A stretch of 54,767 nucleotides of DNA from an uncultured Desulfobacterales bacterium (GTDB lineage: Bacteria > Desulfobacterota > Desulfobacteria > Desulfobacterales > C00003060): assembly GCA_964429315.1 (NCBI GenBank), contig CAYSBQ010000001.1, positions 1 to 54,767 on the forward strand. Direction: 5' to 3'. The notes beneath the pieces are model-generated. The model saw only the letters and a program-made list of their open reading frames with translations, was not told the origin of the DNA and made no database searches. The position numbers and the translations under genes are program-made. Shown in pieces: positions 41,990-50,407 of this stretch (its first letter is position 1; the number at the start of each line of letters is the position of its first letter).

Positions 41990-42535
41990 ATGACCAGAAG
42001 AAACGGAAGACACGGAACTAGATACAATCGCATGGGGGGACCAGTCAGGGGAGGCGCATCCAGAGGTCTGGCAGCCCCAGCCCCCAATGTCCCGCCTAAT
42101 CTAAGTGGCAATCCTGCGGGCTACAATAAAGTTCGCTTCCCAAGCACCAAAAGTGTTATCTCGGAGCTTCAGGGGCTCGGGTACACGGCGATCTACAATC
42201 CCAAGGCTGCCTTCGTGAGATTTCAGCAGGATTATAATATCGTCCATAAGTATAGCCCCAAGCATGCTCCAGGTACCCTGGTACCCGATGGAGTTCCTGG
42301 GATAAACACTCTGAACGGTATGGACTGGGCGACTCGCATGGTCAAGACCATGCCTAAGAGCTGGATTTACTACGTCAAAAAATTCCGCTCGATGGGAACC
42401 GACAAGCCGAGCAGCCCAGTGCCTCTTTTCCCTAAGCCTAAGCCTAGCGGTCCAACGCGTCCGGGAAAGCCTAAGCCTAAGCCTGGTGCGAGTAAACCGA
42501 TAGGTCGTCGCCGCAGCCGTCGCCGTAGCCGGTGA
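41990..42535 (+). CDS. Basic-leader protein with a PG_binding-like domain and an Arg-rich tail
   Basis: MTRRNGRHGTRYNRMGG, then PPNLSGNPAGYNKVRF...LQGLGY...FQQDYN...VPGINTLNGMDWATRM, then a KPKP-rich tail ending GRRRSRRRSR. Confidence 0.7.
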   Translation: MTRRNGRHGTRYNRMGGPVRGGASRGLAAPAPNVPPNLSGNPAGYNKVRFPSTKSVISELQGLGYTAIYNPKAAFVRFQQDYNIVHKYSPKHAPGTLVPDGVPGINTLNGMDWATRMVKTMPKSWIYYVKKFRSMGTDKPSSPVPLFPKPKPSGPTRPGKPKPKPGASKPIGRRRSRRRSR

Positions 42536-42564
42536 CCCATCAGGAACTTTCTACGGGGTAGGAA

Positions 42565-43263
42565 ATGACACATCGATTCGGAAGAGCAACAAGAGTTTTT
42601 AATGCCATGGGTCCTGCTGGCGTAGCCGGCATGGAGCTTGCGCCCTCGGCGCGTGCAGAGGCTGAGTCTCATCCGGCCGTCACCTACCAATCTGGATATG
42701 GATCGATGATGGCGTCGGGGGCATCTCCAAATGCTCCCATGAGAGTGGGCGCAATGGAGTACACGATGCCTCCGAATCGGATGCTCGAACCTCATCGACA
42801 AGGTGAGCAGAGTCGAATGCTGTGGCATCAGACTGGGCGTAGATTCGGGAATCCACCACCTGGGTGGATTGGTGCTGGCGGGGTTGCCCAGATCCCCCAC
42901 CCGAATATGGGTATGAGGCCTGCCCCCGACCGCTCCTTTGGTCCCGGTCTAAGCGCAGGCCAAGGCGGCGTCCAGTCATTTCAAGGCGGAGCTGGACCCA
43001 TGGCGGTTCAAACCTACGGAAGCCTAGGGTACGCGAGTATGGGCGACGGGAGCATGGACATGGCCGTGCGTCAGGGTCGTAGATTCTCAAAGGTTTCGGA
43101 TTACGAAAACACGGTTACTTGCAACTGGTGGTGCTCGAAACACCCGGATTCCCAGTACTGCAAGCCGGGCGGTCTATGTACGGATAGCTATTTCCTTCCC
43201 AGCCCGACTAAGCGTCGAATCAGAAGCAAGAGCCCGGCCAGGAAAAGAAGGAGAAAAAGATGA
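42565..43263 (+). CDS. Basic-leader Gly/Met/Pro-rich protein with an Arg-rich tail (232 aa)
   Basis: MTHRFGRATRVFNAMG at the N-terminus, a C-terminal Cys cluster (CNWWCSKHPDSQYCKPGGLC) and the tail KRRIRSKSPARKRRRKR. Confidence 0.65.
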   Translation: MTHRFGRATRVFNAMGPAGVAGMELAPSARAEAESHPAVTYQSGYGSMMASGASPNAPMRVGAMEYTMPPNRMLEPHRQGEQSRMLWHQTGRRFGNPPPGWIGAGGVAQIPHPNMGMRPAPDRSFGPGLSAGQGGVQSFQGGAGPMAVQTYGSLGYASMGDGSMDMAVRQGRRFSKVSDYENTVTCNWWCSKHPDSQYCKPGGLCTDSYFLPSPTKRRIRSKSPARKRRRKR

Positions 43264-43532
43264 CCATCAAAAAAGGTAGATTAGGGAGAAAGTTCAATCG
43301 CGCAGCCATGGCTGACCCCAGGGGCAGCTGGGCTGCGGGCGTACCAGCAAGCGCTGGATTCTATCCCGAGCAAGGTGTCCGATTCTCCGGTACGATAGAT
43401 CCGCTGTCGTGCCCCGCCGCCCCTGCGTGCAGCTCGACTGACGAGAGTGGCGGATCTACTACGGAGCGTCGATACGCGAGAACATCCCTCAAGCCAAAGC
43501 GCCGCGGATTACGACGCCGCAGCCGTAGGTAA
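43260..43532 (+). CDS. Small basic-leader protein with an Arg-rich tail (90 aa)
   Basis: MTIKKGRLGRKFNRAAM ... RRYARTSLKPKRRGLRRRSRR. ATGA overlap and AAGGAGA SD. Confidence 0.65.
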   Translation: MTIKKGRLGRKFNRAAMADPRGSWAAGVPASAGFYPEQGVRFSGTIDPLSCPAAPACSSTDESGGSTTERRYARTSLKPKRRGLRRRSRR

Positions 43533-43535
43533 TCA

Positions 43536-43922
43536 ATGGCCAAGACAGATCTAAGACCCGCCGCCCTCGCCGCCGGCATCTTCGTCATCGGCGGAGTCGT
43601 GCTTTTTTCGAGAAAGAAAAGAAAGGCATGCCTTGAGCTTCCTGACATCTGGTCAGAAGAAGGTCCAATGCACATGACGCAAGGGTCTCAAGATGAGGCT
43701 ATTGAGTTGACCCGATACAAGATTAGGGAGTACGTTCTTTCTGCGAAGTCGTACACTCGCTCCGATATCGTGATGGCTGTCGCCGATGGGCTAAGAGAAT
43801 GCAAGTGGGAGAATCTCGAGACCGACCAACAAAAACAAGTGTGGGAAGGCATCGAACAGATCGTAAAAAGCGAGATTCAGGCGTATAATCAGAGTCCAGA
43901 TGCCTGGATGGCATCCTTCTGA
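43536..43922 (+). CDS. GG-helix/basic N-terminal module protein (128 aa)
   Basis: MAKTDLRPAALAAGIFVIGGVVLFSRKKRK. Starts 3 nt after the previous stop. Confidence 0.7.
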   Translation: MAKTDLRPAALAAGIFVIGGVVLFSRKKRKACLELPDIWSEEGPMHMTQGSQDEAIELTRYKIREYVLSAKSYTRSDIVMAVADGLRECKWENLETDQQKQVWEGIEQIVKSEIQAYNQSPDAWMASF

Positions 43923-43936
43923 TTCGGGAATAGATA

Positions 43937-44728
43937 ATGGCTATACAGCAGGGAAAAGTTCTAATCCTAGCGGGCGCGGGAGCCCTGCTGTTCATTTCAG
44001 CTGGGAAAAAGAAGAAGCGGAAAAAAACTTCTTCGAGTGCGGCTCCTGAACCTGCAGAGGATATGGATAGCACCGAAGGCCCCGCGTTTGAACCGGACGA
44101 AGTAGCGGGCGAGGCGGACGGCGCTGAGCCTGAGGCTCCACCCAAAATCGAGACAGCCATCAGCAAGTACATGTCCCCCGACGGCAAGGCGCAACTCGGC
44201 GCGTTTTACCAGATACGCCCTGGTGACACGCCGCTCGAGATTTGCCGCGAAGCTTTATTTGGATCGAGAGAGCCGGTTACGAGCCAGGTCATGCGGCAGG
44301 CTGCCAAAGACCTTCTTGTCAGAATCGACTGCGGCCCCTGGAACCAAGCTGTATATGGAGTATCTCTGAGCAAGCTGACCCCTGGTCACGCTGCAATCGA
44401 TGAGTACTGGACGCAGCAAGGCGTCTCTTTGTACCCGGTTTATTCGGACAATTCCGATCGAATGTCAAAGGGACTCTCTGCGAGCGGGGCGAGCGGAGAG
44501 AGCTTTGCTTTGATTTGGATTCCAATGATCAACCTCGATAAGTTCGACATGGAAGGTATTGTGTCGACAGAAGGTATGTATCACCCTGACACTCCGAATG
44601 GACTAGGCGGGAGCATGATCGATCCACCCCTAGAAATTCTGAGCCTCGGATTCGATGATGTGTCCGAAAAGACAGTCGGATGCGACCTGCCAGAGGGCGA
44701 CTTCAGAAGAAATCTGATCGCTAACTGA
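43937..44728 (+). CDS. GG-helix/poly-Lys module protein (263 aa), possible LysM-like segment
   Basis: MAIQQGKVLILAGAGALLFISAGKKKKRKK. FYQIRPGDTPLEICREAL loosely resembles the LysM start (Y.V..GDTL..IA), but this is a weak match. Confidence 0.7.
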   Translation: MAIQQGKVLILAGAGALLFISAGKKKKRKKTSSSAAPEPAEDMDSTEGPAFEPDEVAGEADGAEPEAPPKIETAISKYMSPDGKAQLGAFYQIRPGDTPLEICREALFGSREPVTSQVMRQAAKDLLVRIDCGPWNQAVYGVSLSKLTPGHAAIDEYWTQQGVSLYPVYSDNSDRMSKGLSASGASGESFALIWIPMINLDKFDMEGIVSTEGMYHPDTPNGLGGSMIDPPLEILSLGFDDVSEKTVGCDLPEGDFRRNLIAN

Positions 44729-44847
44729 TGGCTAAAAGATGCCGCCCTTCGCGCTGCAACTCACATCGTACAATACCAGTCCCCGACCCCCAATCTCCCC
44801 TCTCTTCTAACCGTCGCAACGCACAAGAAAACGGCACTTCCTAAGCG

Positions 44848-44876
44848 TTGAATCATGCCTTGCAAAATGGTAAAGT
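44848..44876 (+). promoter_or_regulatory. Candidate sigma70-type promoter in the 169-nt gap inside the late block
   Basis: TTGAAT (44848-44853), a 17-nt spacer, then TAAAGT (44871-44876), 21 nt upstream of the ATG at 44898. Confidence 0.4.
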
Positions 44877-44897
44877 TTAAGGCGGAAGAAGAACCCT

Positions 44898-45383
44898 ATG
44901 TCAAAGAAGAAGTACGATACAAGCGAACCAATTCTCGTCATTGTTAGGCGCGGTCGAAAGGGTCGTGGATTCACGGTCGCCCCAGTGGAGGACGCGTCGA
45001 ATCCGGCAATGTGCGGGACAATTGAAGAGCTTGGCGAAGTGCTTGAGGAAATGCTGAACGATGAGTATCAGTCCCGAGTGGACCTCGCCGCAATGTTGTC
45101 AGCCGGAATGGAAGGCTCAGAATCCCCAAGAGGCCGAGCGCCCGAAGAGGGTGAGCCAGAATACGACGATGGCGATGAGGATGAGGACGAAGACGAGGCT
45201 GAAGGCGGCGAAGAAGACGGCGGACTATTCGAAGGCGTCGCAGGCGCTGCAGATCCAGCAGACCAGCTCCTCATCAATGTATTTTCCTGGGCCGCGAAAA
45301 AAGGCCAATCAATGAGCAGCAAGCCTCGCGCTCCACGAGCCCGAACCAGAAGGCGACGCCCTTCTGGTAAAAAGAGATCATAA
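44898..45383 (+). CDS. Acidic-core protein with an Arg-rich tail (161 aa), no hydrophobic module
   Basis: EGEPEYDDGDEDEDEDEAEGGEEDGG in the centre and PRAPRARTRRRRPSGKKRS at the C-terminus. Confidence 0.65.
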   Translation: MSKKKYDTSEPILVIVRRGRKGRGFTVAPVEDASNPAMCGTIEELGEVLEEMLNDEYQSRVDLAAMLSAGMEGSESPRGRAPEEGEPEYDDGDEDEDEDEAEGGEEDGGLFEGVAGAADPADQLLINVFSWAAKKGQSMSSKPRAPRARTRRRRPSGKKRS

Positions 45384-46103
45384 ATGGACCCCGTCACCCT
45401 TGCAGTCCTCGCCCTAGGCAGCGCCTTTCTCCTCAAAGGGAAGAAAGGTCGCGGCAGTAGGTCCGCGCCCAGCGGCAGTAGGTCCGCGCCCAGCGGCGGA
45501 TGGGGTGTAAAGGGTGACGAAGACCGCCTTCACTGGCTCAATGAGATTCGCTCAATGTCTCACTGGTACACCCAAAAATTTGGGTCAATGCCATACCTAG
45601 CCGACTACCTCACGGTCGTTGGCTATATCGAAGCGAACTTCAACCCGGCCTCGCGGAATCCGGAATACAAAACCAACCCCGCGAACGCGGCTAGAGGGCT
45701 CGGCGGAATGCGTCCTGATACGGCGTTCAAAGAAAAATACGGGACCGAGTTCATGGCCCCATACCCGGACGCCCTCCTGAATCCTCGATGGGCTTTCGTC
45801 ATGGCGGTCCATCACATCTGGTACGCTTGTGCTCGCGTCGATGAGCTGCAGACTGGAGTGATTGATTGGGCTGCAGTAAGACGTTGGTGGGGGAGGCCCA
45901 CCACTGTCCACGATTTCAATTTCGACAATCCGTATTCATCCGGAAACCTCGAGCGATTCGTGGATAAATTGCACGAGTGCAATAAGAATTACGGCACCAA
46001 TATCGATCCAGATTTCGTATGGGAGAAGGTTTCCGGATGGCGAAATTATCCTGGTATAGAAGTGATGATTGAGTCATTCGGTCTCAAAGGCGTTTACGCA
46101 TAG
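45384..46103 (+). CDS. Membrane-anchored lytic transglycosylase (SLT-like) candidate
   Basis: MDPVTLAVLALGSAFLLKGKKGRG, then GYIEANFNP (catalytic Glu context, where E-S-x-F-N-P is expected) and ANAARGLGGMRP (where GA.GLMQ is expected), followed by PYPDALLNP. Confidence 0.55.
   Translation: MDPVTLAVLALGSAFLLKGKKGRGSRSAPSGSRSAPSGGWGVKGDEDRLHWLNEIRSMSHWYTQKFGSMPYLADYLTVVGYIEANFNPASRNPEYKTNPANAARGLGGMRPDTAFKEKYGTEFMAPYPDALLNPRWAFVMAVHHIWYACARVDELQTGVIDWAAVRRWWGRPTTVHDFNFDNPYSSGNLERFVDKLHECNKNYGTNIDPDFVWEKVSGWRNYPGIEVMIESFGLKGVYA
45453..45494 (+). repeat. Perfect in-frame 21-nt tandem duplication
   Basis: GGCAGTAGGTCCGCGCCCAGC at 45453-45473 is repeated at 45474-45494. Encodes GSRSAPS GSRSAPS just after the membrane module. 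Confidence 0.9.
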
Positions 46104-46109
46104 GTAAAT

Positions 46110-46805
46110 ATGGCAGCTCCAGCAATCCCCCTATTGGCCGCGGCAGGAGCCGCTCTTCTTCTTTCCGGTGGCAAGAAAAAGAAGAAGAGCGGCCCGAGGA
46201 CTGGCCAGAAATGTGATGACTCCCTGAGTCCGCCTAGTGGATTCACCTGCGACGATGGGTTGCTGAAAGAGGAATCGATCGAAGAAGGGGATCTAGATAG
46301 CGATGCAGATCTCTCCAAGGAGGATTCCGGGGACTTCGAAACGTACCAAGAGGATGTCGGGCTTTCTGATGGTGAGGAGCACGGCGATCTAGAAGAGCCG
46401 GAAGACCCCGCGCCTGACCCGGTGAAGACTTGCGAGGAGTTCATGAGCGCAGTCCATGTGGACTCGACGGATGACGGCGAGTTACCCATCAACGCTGTAG
46501 CTGTCGAGGAGTCGGTGCTGCCGGCAATGAGGGCGAACGCGGCGAGCATTGCTGAGTCAATTGGGACTCCGCTCGACCACGAGTCGGTAAGTCCAGTATT
46601 GGTTGTCACGGGTCTCAAGTCCCTCATTCCAGTGTGCGAATGGAAGTACGACGTGGACGACGGATTCACCTATAACAACGGAACCGCAATAATTTCGGAT
46701 GAGGCGAAGGACGTCATATACGGACTTATCGAGTTGTCCGTAAGCGTGATCGACGAGATCAACAACCCCGTGACTAACACCGCAACACTGCAGCCGGAAG
46801 GATAG
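46110..46805 (+). CDS. GG-helix/poly-Lys module protein with an acidic ectodomain (231 aa)
   Basis: MAAPAIPLLAAAGAALLLSGGKKKKKSG, followed by an Asp/Glu-rich region. Confidence 0.75.
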   Translation: MAAPAIPLLAAAGAALLLSGGKKKKKSGPRTGQKCDDSLSPPSGFTCDDGLLKEESIEEGDLDSDADLSKEDSGDFETYQEDVGLSDGEEHGDLEEPEDPAPDPVKTCEEFMSAVHVDSTDDGELPINAVAVEESVLPAMRANAASIAESIGTPLDHESVSPVLVVTGLKSLIPVCEWKYDVDDGFTYNNGTAIISDEAKDVIYGLIELSVSVIDEINNPVTNTATLQPEG

Positions 46806-46808
46806 AAT

Positions 46809-46994
46809 ATGGCGAAAAAGAAAAAAGAGGACGACGATGCGTTCAACAAAATTTTGTGGGTTGCCGGGGCCGCTGGCGTGACAGCGTTTGCCATGTTCTA
46901 CGTGAACAAGCATCTCAACGAAAAGGAAGAGCTTAATCGATTGCGGAGCAATGGGCACCAGCCTCAGCTTAGCGGTGGGGACGGCGAAGAATGA
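46809..46994 (+). CDS. Small membrane protein, basic cluster before the helix (61 aa)
   Basis: MAKKKKEDDDAFNKILWVAGAAGVTAFAMFYV. The order of the poly-Lys and the hydrophobic helix is inverted relative to its neighbours. Confidence 0.6.
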   Translation: MAKKKKEDDDAFNKILWVAGAAGVTAFAMFYVNKHLNEKEELNRLRSNGHQPQLSGGDGEE

Positions 46995-47503
46995 AAGATC
47001 TGGCAGAAATGGAGGTATGGGGGCTTGAGCAGTTCTCCCAGCAATGGGAGCGCTCGTTAGATCTACGCGACATCTTGTCGAAGCTTCCTGGCCAACTGGT
47101 TTTGAAATCAGGACTATCCGCTCGGCGGAATAAGCTTGTTGAGGGGTGGGACCAGCTCGAGTCCCCCGGCCTTGACGGCATCGTGTCTAATGAGTCCGCG
47201 ATCGCTCTGAAGAGATGGATCCATGAGGCGGAGATCTTCATCGCTCACATCATTCAAATCGGAAAGCAAGACAAACAGCAAGCGTTCGGCCGCGCGTTTG
47301 CAGGGACAGATGATGTCATTCAGTTCGAAACAGTCGAATCTATTGGCGAAGTTAATTTCGTTTCAGACGAATGGTCCTTTCCGTGGGCGGTAAAACGACA
47401 GTCGAATCGAGCGAAGAGCTTCGATAAAGAAAAGCTCTTTAAATACGGAACGCTCGGCGCCCTCGGCCTTATCGCTGTCGTCACATACATGGACGAGGAA
47501 TAA
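46991..47503 (+). CDS. Tail-anchored protein (170 aa)
   Basis: ATGA overlap with the previous gene. The only hydrophobic helix is C-terminal (YGTLGALGLIAVVTYM-DEE). Confidence 0.65.
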   Translation: MKDLAEMEVWGLEQFSQQWERSLDLRDILSKLPGQLVLKSGLSARRNKLVEGWDQLESPGLDGIVSNESAIALKRWIHEAEIFIAHIIQIGKQDKQQAFGRAFAGTDDVIQFETVESIGEVNFVSDEWSFPWAVKRQSNRAKSFDKEKLFKYGTLGALGLIAVVTYMDEE

Positions 47504-47505
47504 CG

Positions 47506-47949
47506 ATGAGCTTCCTACCAATACTCGTATTAGGCGGCGCCTATGTCGTTCTCTCCGGAAGGAAAAAGAGGAAGAGACGACCTAGCGGTGCAAAGGCGCT
47601 AACAGCCTCGGGTCGAGGCGAAGTCTTCAATGGGGGTGATCCTCCAGACGTCATCACCAACGCCGTTGGGATAAGATTCTCCGTTTCGTTCCCCGAAATA
47701 GCTGGCACGGGGTATGGATGGAAACTCTCCGCATCTCCGCCAGACAACTCCGTCACCCTAGTAAGCACAGAGTTTGACTCGATACCAAGCGACGACGGCA
47801 TCGTTGGCGGGCATTCGGGGAACCGAGTCTTCGTTTTCGAAGGCGCGAAAAAAGGCTCAGGCTCGCTGGTGTTCCACCTTCAGGCCCCATGGAAAGATGG
47901 GAAAGAGCCACCGGCAGAAATAGTCGAGATTCAAACGGAAATCTCGTAG
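47506..47949 (+). CDS. Membrane-anchored chagasin-like (I42-type) cysteine-protease inhibitor candidate
   Basis: MSFLPILVLGGAYVVLSGRKKRKRR, then AGTGYGW (where NPTTGY.W is expected), about 33 aa later VGGHSG (for G.GG), and about 27 aa later QAPW (for RPW). The order and spacing match the three chagasin loops in a ~110-aa beta domain. Confidence 0.55.
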   Translation: MSFLPILVLGGAYVVLSGRKKRKRRPSGAKALTASGRGEVFNGGDPPDVITNAVGIRFSVSFPEIAGTGYGWKLSASPPDNSVTLVSTEFDSIPSDDGIVGGHSGNRVFVFEGAKKGSGSLVFHLQAPWKDGKEPPAEIVEIQTEIS

Positions 47950-47967
47950 AATACACAAGGCAGAACC

Positions 47968-48546
47968 ATGGCAAACAAAGTACTACCACTACTCGTAGCC
48001 GGCGGAGCCGCGCTTCTTTTCCTTCCCAAAAAGAAGAAGACGGAGAGCACCTCTGGAAAAAAATCGAACGGAGAAGTCGGGGGCGATTCAAATGGAGATA
48101 TCTCCAAGACCGGAACGCTTTTCGGATGGAATTATCGAGTACGAAAGGCGAAGACCGTAGAAGGCTTCTCCGTTCAATACTTCGGTGAGGTTCAAGCACC
48201 AGATTCCAAGACTTGGGTGAAGGCTCATCAAGACGCTCGAACCGATCCAGAAGCCGCCCGATTCCTCGCTATGGAAGCGATCGCCACCCGCGTCGCAGCC
48301 GCCGACACGCCAGAGGACAATCTTGTGTTCAACTCCGGTTCGATGTCCGACTGGAACTGGAGAGTTATGCGAACCGTACCAATGGAAGGGTTCGGTGTCG
48401 CATACTTCGGAGAGATGCAGGCTCCCGATTCGCAACAATGGACTCGAGTCCATAATGACGCCCGGGTTGATCCCGAAGCCGCTCGCCTGCTCGCCCTAGA
48501 GGCGATCGCAATGAAGCTCGAAGAACTGGCTAACGCCGGCAACTAG
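47968..48546 (+). CDS. GG-helix/poly-Lys module protein with an internally duplicated ~65-aa domain
   Basis: MANKVLPLLVAGGAALLFLPKKKKT. The repeats are WNYRVRKAKTVEGFSVQYFGEVQAPDSKTWVKAHQDARTDPEAARFLAMEAIA and WNWRVMRTVPMEGFGVAYFGEMQAPDSQQWTRVHNDARVDPEAARLLALEAIA. Confidence 0.75.
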   Translation: MANKVLPLLVAGGAALLFLPKKKKTESTSGKKSNGEVGGDSNGDISKTGTLFGWNYRVRKAKTVEGFSVQYFGEVQAPDSKTWVKAHQDARTDPEAARFLAMEAIATRVAAADTPEDNLVFNSGSMSDWNWRVMRTVPMEGFGVAYFGEMQAPDSQQWTRVHNDARVDPEAARLLALEAIAMKLEELANAGN

Positions 48547-48562
48547 CCGGCCAGCCCACTTG

Positions 48563-49714
48563 ATGGGAGTACCGGTGGCCAGCGAAAACCTCCAGACGAT
48601 CATCGTCTCAAAAGAGATTGCGAGAACGCGCCTAGCTGCAGAAAAGCTGGCGCGTCCTTACGCGCGCGGTCCTCTTTATCCGACCGAAAAAAAGTCGAGC
48701 TGGCGCTTTCTGCAAAAGCCGCCGAGCGACTTTGTCCGCAATTCTTTTCGGGCCGTACCCATTCCTACCCAGGAGGGGATCGTCCTCGTCTATGGCAAGC
48801 TCAAGAGGCAGAGCAACCCCTCGGACCAGCGCTGGCTCCAATTCAGAGATGGAGACAGACGCGAGACGGTGATGGCCGAGTGGGACTTCTGGATGACCTG
48901 GAGGCCGAATGTAGCCAAGGCTAAGGATGCGGATGGGCTCCGAAAGCTCATCGCCTCTGCCGACAAGAGGGAGGTTCGAAGCGTGTTGGTGCGAGGTTTA
49001 ATCGATCAGGACATTGCTGAAAGAGCAAGGGTTTTGAAGATTACCAGGATGCCGAAATCTGTTGAGGCGGACGAGAGGATAGTAGATCTCCTGAGGCGCG
49101 GCAGAATGGGTAATCCAGGTCAGCCCCCGAAGGTCAACAAAGGCAGCTCACCGAAATCGGCTAAGAAAAAAGCCAGAACGAGGACTACTAAGCACATCGT
49201 TCTTCGCTCTCCTAAAACCATGCCAGATCCAGGGCCATGCTCATGGCTTGGGTCGATGGTCGAATGGGCATGGGTGATGCCAAGAGGGGAAACGGCTAAG
49301 AAAATCGACGAGGATGGCAATGCGCTTTGGACACCTAACTCCGAATGGATGTTCATGTGGGCCCCTAAGTACAAGGCAGTTGTATCGATCAGAAAGCCTC
49401 GGAACATGTACAGGCTTGCCAAGGTTTCTAGGCATGGTGGCGCGGCAAAAATGTTCGAAACATTCATGGCTCGCCCGGCTGAAAATTCATTCGAGATTAG
49501 CGTCCCTGACATTCCTATCCATCACGTTGGCCAAAAGGCTGCAGCGATTGTGTATAGGTCTGATAAGTGGTCGCCGAAGAGGCTCGAATCTGACTACATT
49601 CACAAGTTCGGGAAGGGCGTGCAACTTTACTGCGGTCCAAGCATTGAGCATCCCGACGTTTTCATTTGCTTCGGTGGCAAGCTTACGCTGACAAAGCGCG
49701 GGCTCGTCTGGTAG
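48563..49714 (+). CDS. Hypothetical soluble basic protein (383 aa)
   Basis: The track start 48560 is a TTG, so the adjacent ATG 48563 is used. No hydrophobic module. Basic patch NPGQPPKVNKGSSPKSAKKKARTRTTKH. No family recognised. Confidence 0.65.
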   Translation: MGVPVASENLQTIIVSKEIARTRLAAEKLARPYARGPLYPTEKKSSWRFLQKPPSDFVRNSFRAVPIPTQEGIVLVYGKLKRQSNPSDQRWLQFRDGDRRETVMAEWDFWMTWRPNVAKAKDADGLRKLIASADKREVRSVLVRGLIDQDIAERARVLKITRMPKSVEADERIVDLLRRGRMGNPGQPPKVNKGSSPKSAKKKARTRTTKHIVLRSPKTMPDPGPCSWLGSMVEWAWVMPRGETAKKIDEDGNALWTPNSEWMFMWAPKYKAVVSIRKPRNMYRLAKVSRHGGAAKMFETFMARPAENSFEISVPDIPIHHVGQKAAAIVYRSDKWSPKRLESDYIHKFGKGVQLYCGPSIEHPDVFICFGGKLTLTKRGLVW

Positions 49715-49729
49715 AATCAGGATATCGTT

Positions 49730-50404
49730 ATGGCCAGAAAGAAACACTGCAGGAATCGTCTAGTCGTCCATGCAGAGAACCGTTTGTATTCGCCTCGTTA
49801 CGACTGGGAGGGCGCCGATGGATTGGCGCAAACCAGTTTTGAATTCATCGACGCTGACGCAATGTGTTTTTGGGGTGTATGTGACAGCGATAGCTACAAC
49901 GCGTGGGTGAAGGCGACCGAGAAGTACATCAACGGCGAGCTTGTCCCTCATTACAAGAAGGTGCTTGCACGGGCGAATGCTCAGGCTGCTGGTGCTCCGC
50001 TGAAGACTGAGCTTCAGGATAAATTCAATAAGATCAAAGCGTTTATCCAGAAGTGGGATGACGCCGGATACGAGCCGAACAAGGATTGGACGGATACTCT
50101 TTCTCATCCCTTTGCCACGTATTGGTGGGGTGAAATTCGAAGCATCATCGAGTACTTCGACGAAGCTGCCTGTTACTTCGACACTCTCGACGTGATCGCC
50201 GCAGACGACCTGCTGTCACCAGCCCTTGCAAAGGGTGCTCCCAAGCGCACGCTCGAGCCGTCGCCGACCGGCAGTTATTTGGATGGGTCGGGCGGCCCAA
50301 GCGGCGGCGGTGGCGGTGGCAGCTCGAGCTTTGCGACCAAGGCGGTTGGCATTATGGCCATTGGTGCTGCCGGATATTTCGGATTCAAGGTTCTTACGGA
50401 GTAA
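49730..50404 (+). CDS. Tail-anchored protein (224 aa)
   Basis: Soluble N-terminal domain, a Gly-rich linker (GGPSGGGGGGSSS), then the C-terminal helix AVGIMAIGAAGYFGFKVL. Confidence 0.65.
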   Translation: MARKKHCRNRLVVHAENRLYSPRYDWEGADGLAQTSFEFIDADAMCFWGVCDSDSYNAWVKATEKYINGELVPHYKKVLARANAQAAGAPLKTELQDKFNKIKAFIQKWDDAGYEPNKDWTDTLSHPFATYWWGEIRSIIEYFDEAACYFDTLDVIAADDLLSPALAKGAPKRTLEPSPTGSYLDGSGGPSGGGGGGSSSFATKAVGIMAIGAAGYFGFKVLTE

Positions 50405-50407
50405 AGA

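Noticed and set aside
42370-42900. 176-aa minus-strand ORF
   Set aside because: It spans the junction of two tightly packed plus-strand genes and is antisense to both. The product is Arg/Ser/Leu-rich.
43937-44728. LysM domain call for 43937..44728
   Set aside because: Only the first ~15 residues of the LysM pattern (Y.I.PGDT..EI) are visible. The remainder does not fit, so it is mentioned only as a weak possibility.
46094-46669. 191-aa Ser-rich minus-strand ORF
   Set aside because: It is antisense to the acidic ectodomain of 46110..46805, where GAn codons read as Ser/Leu on the opposite strand.
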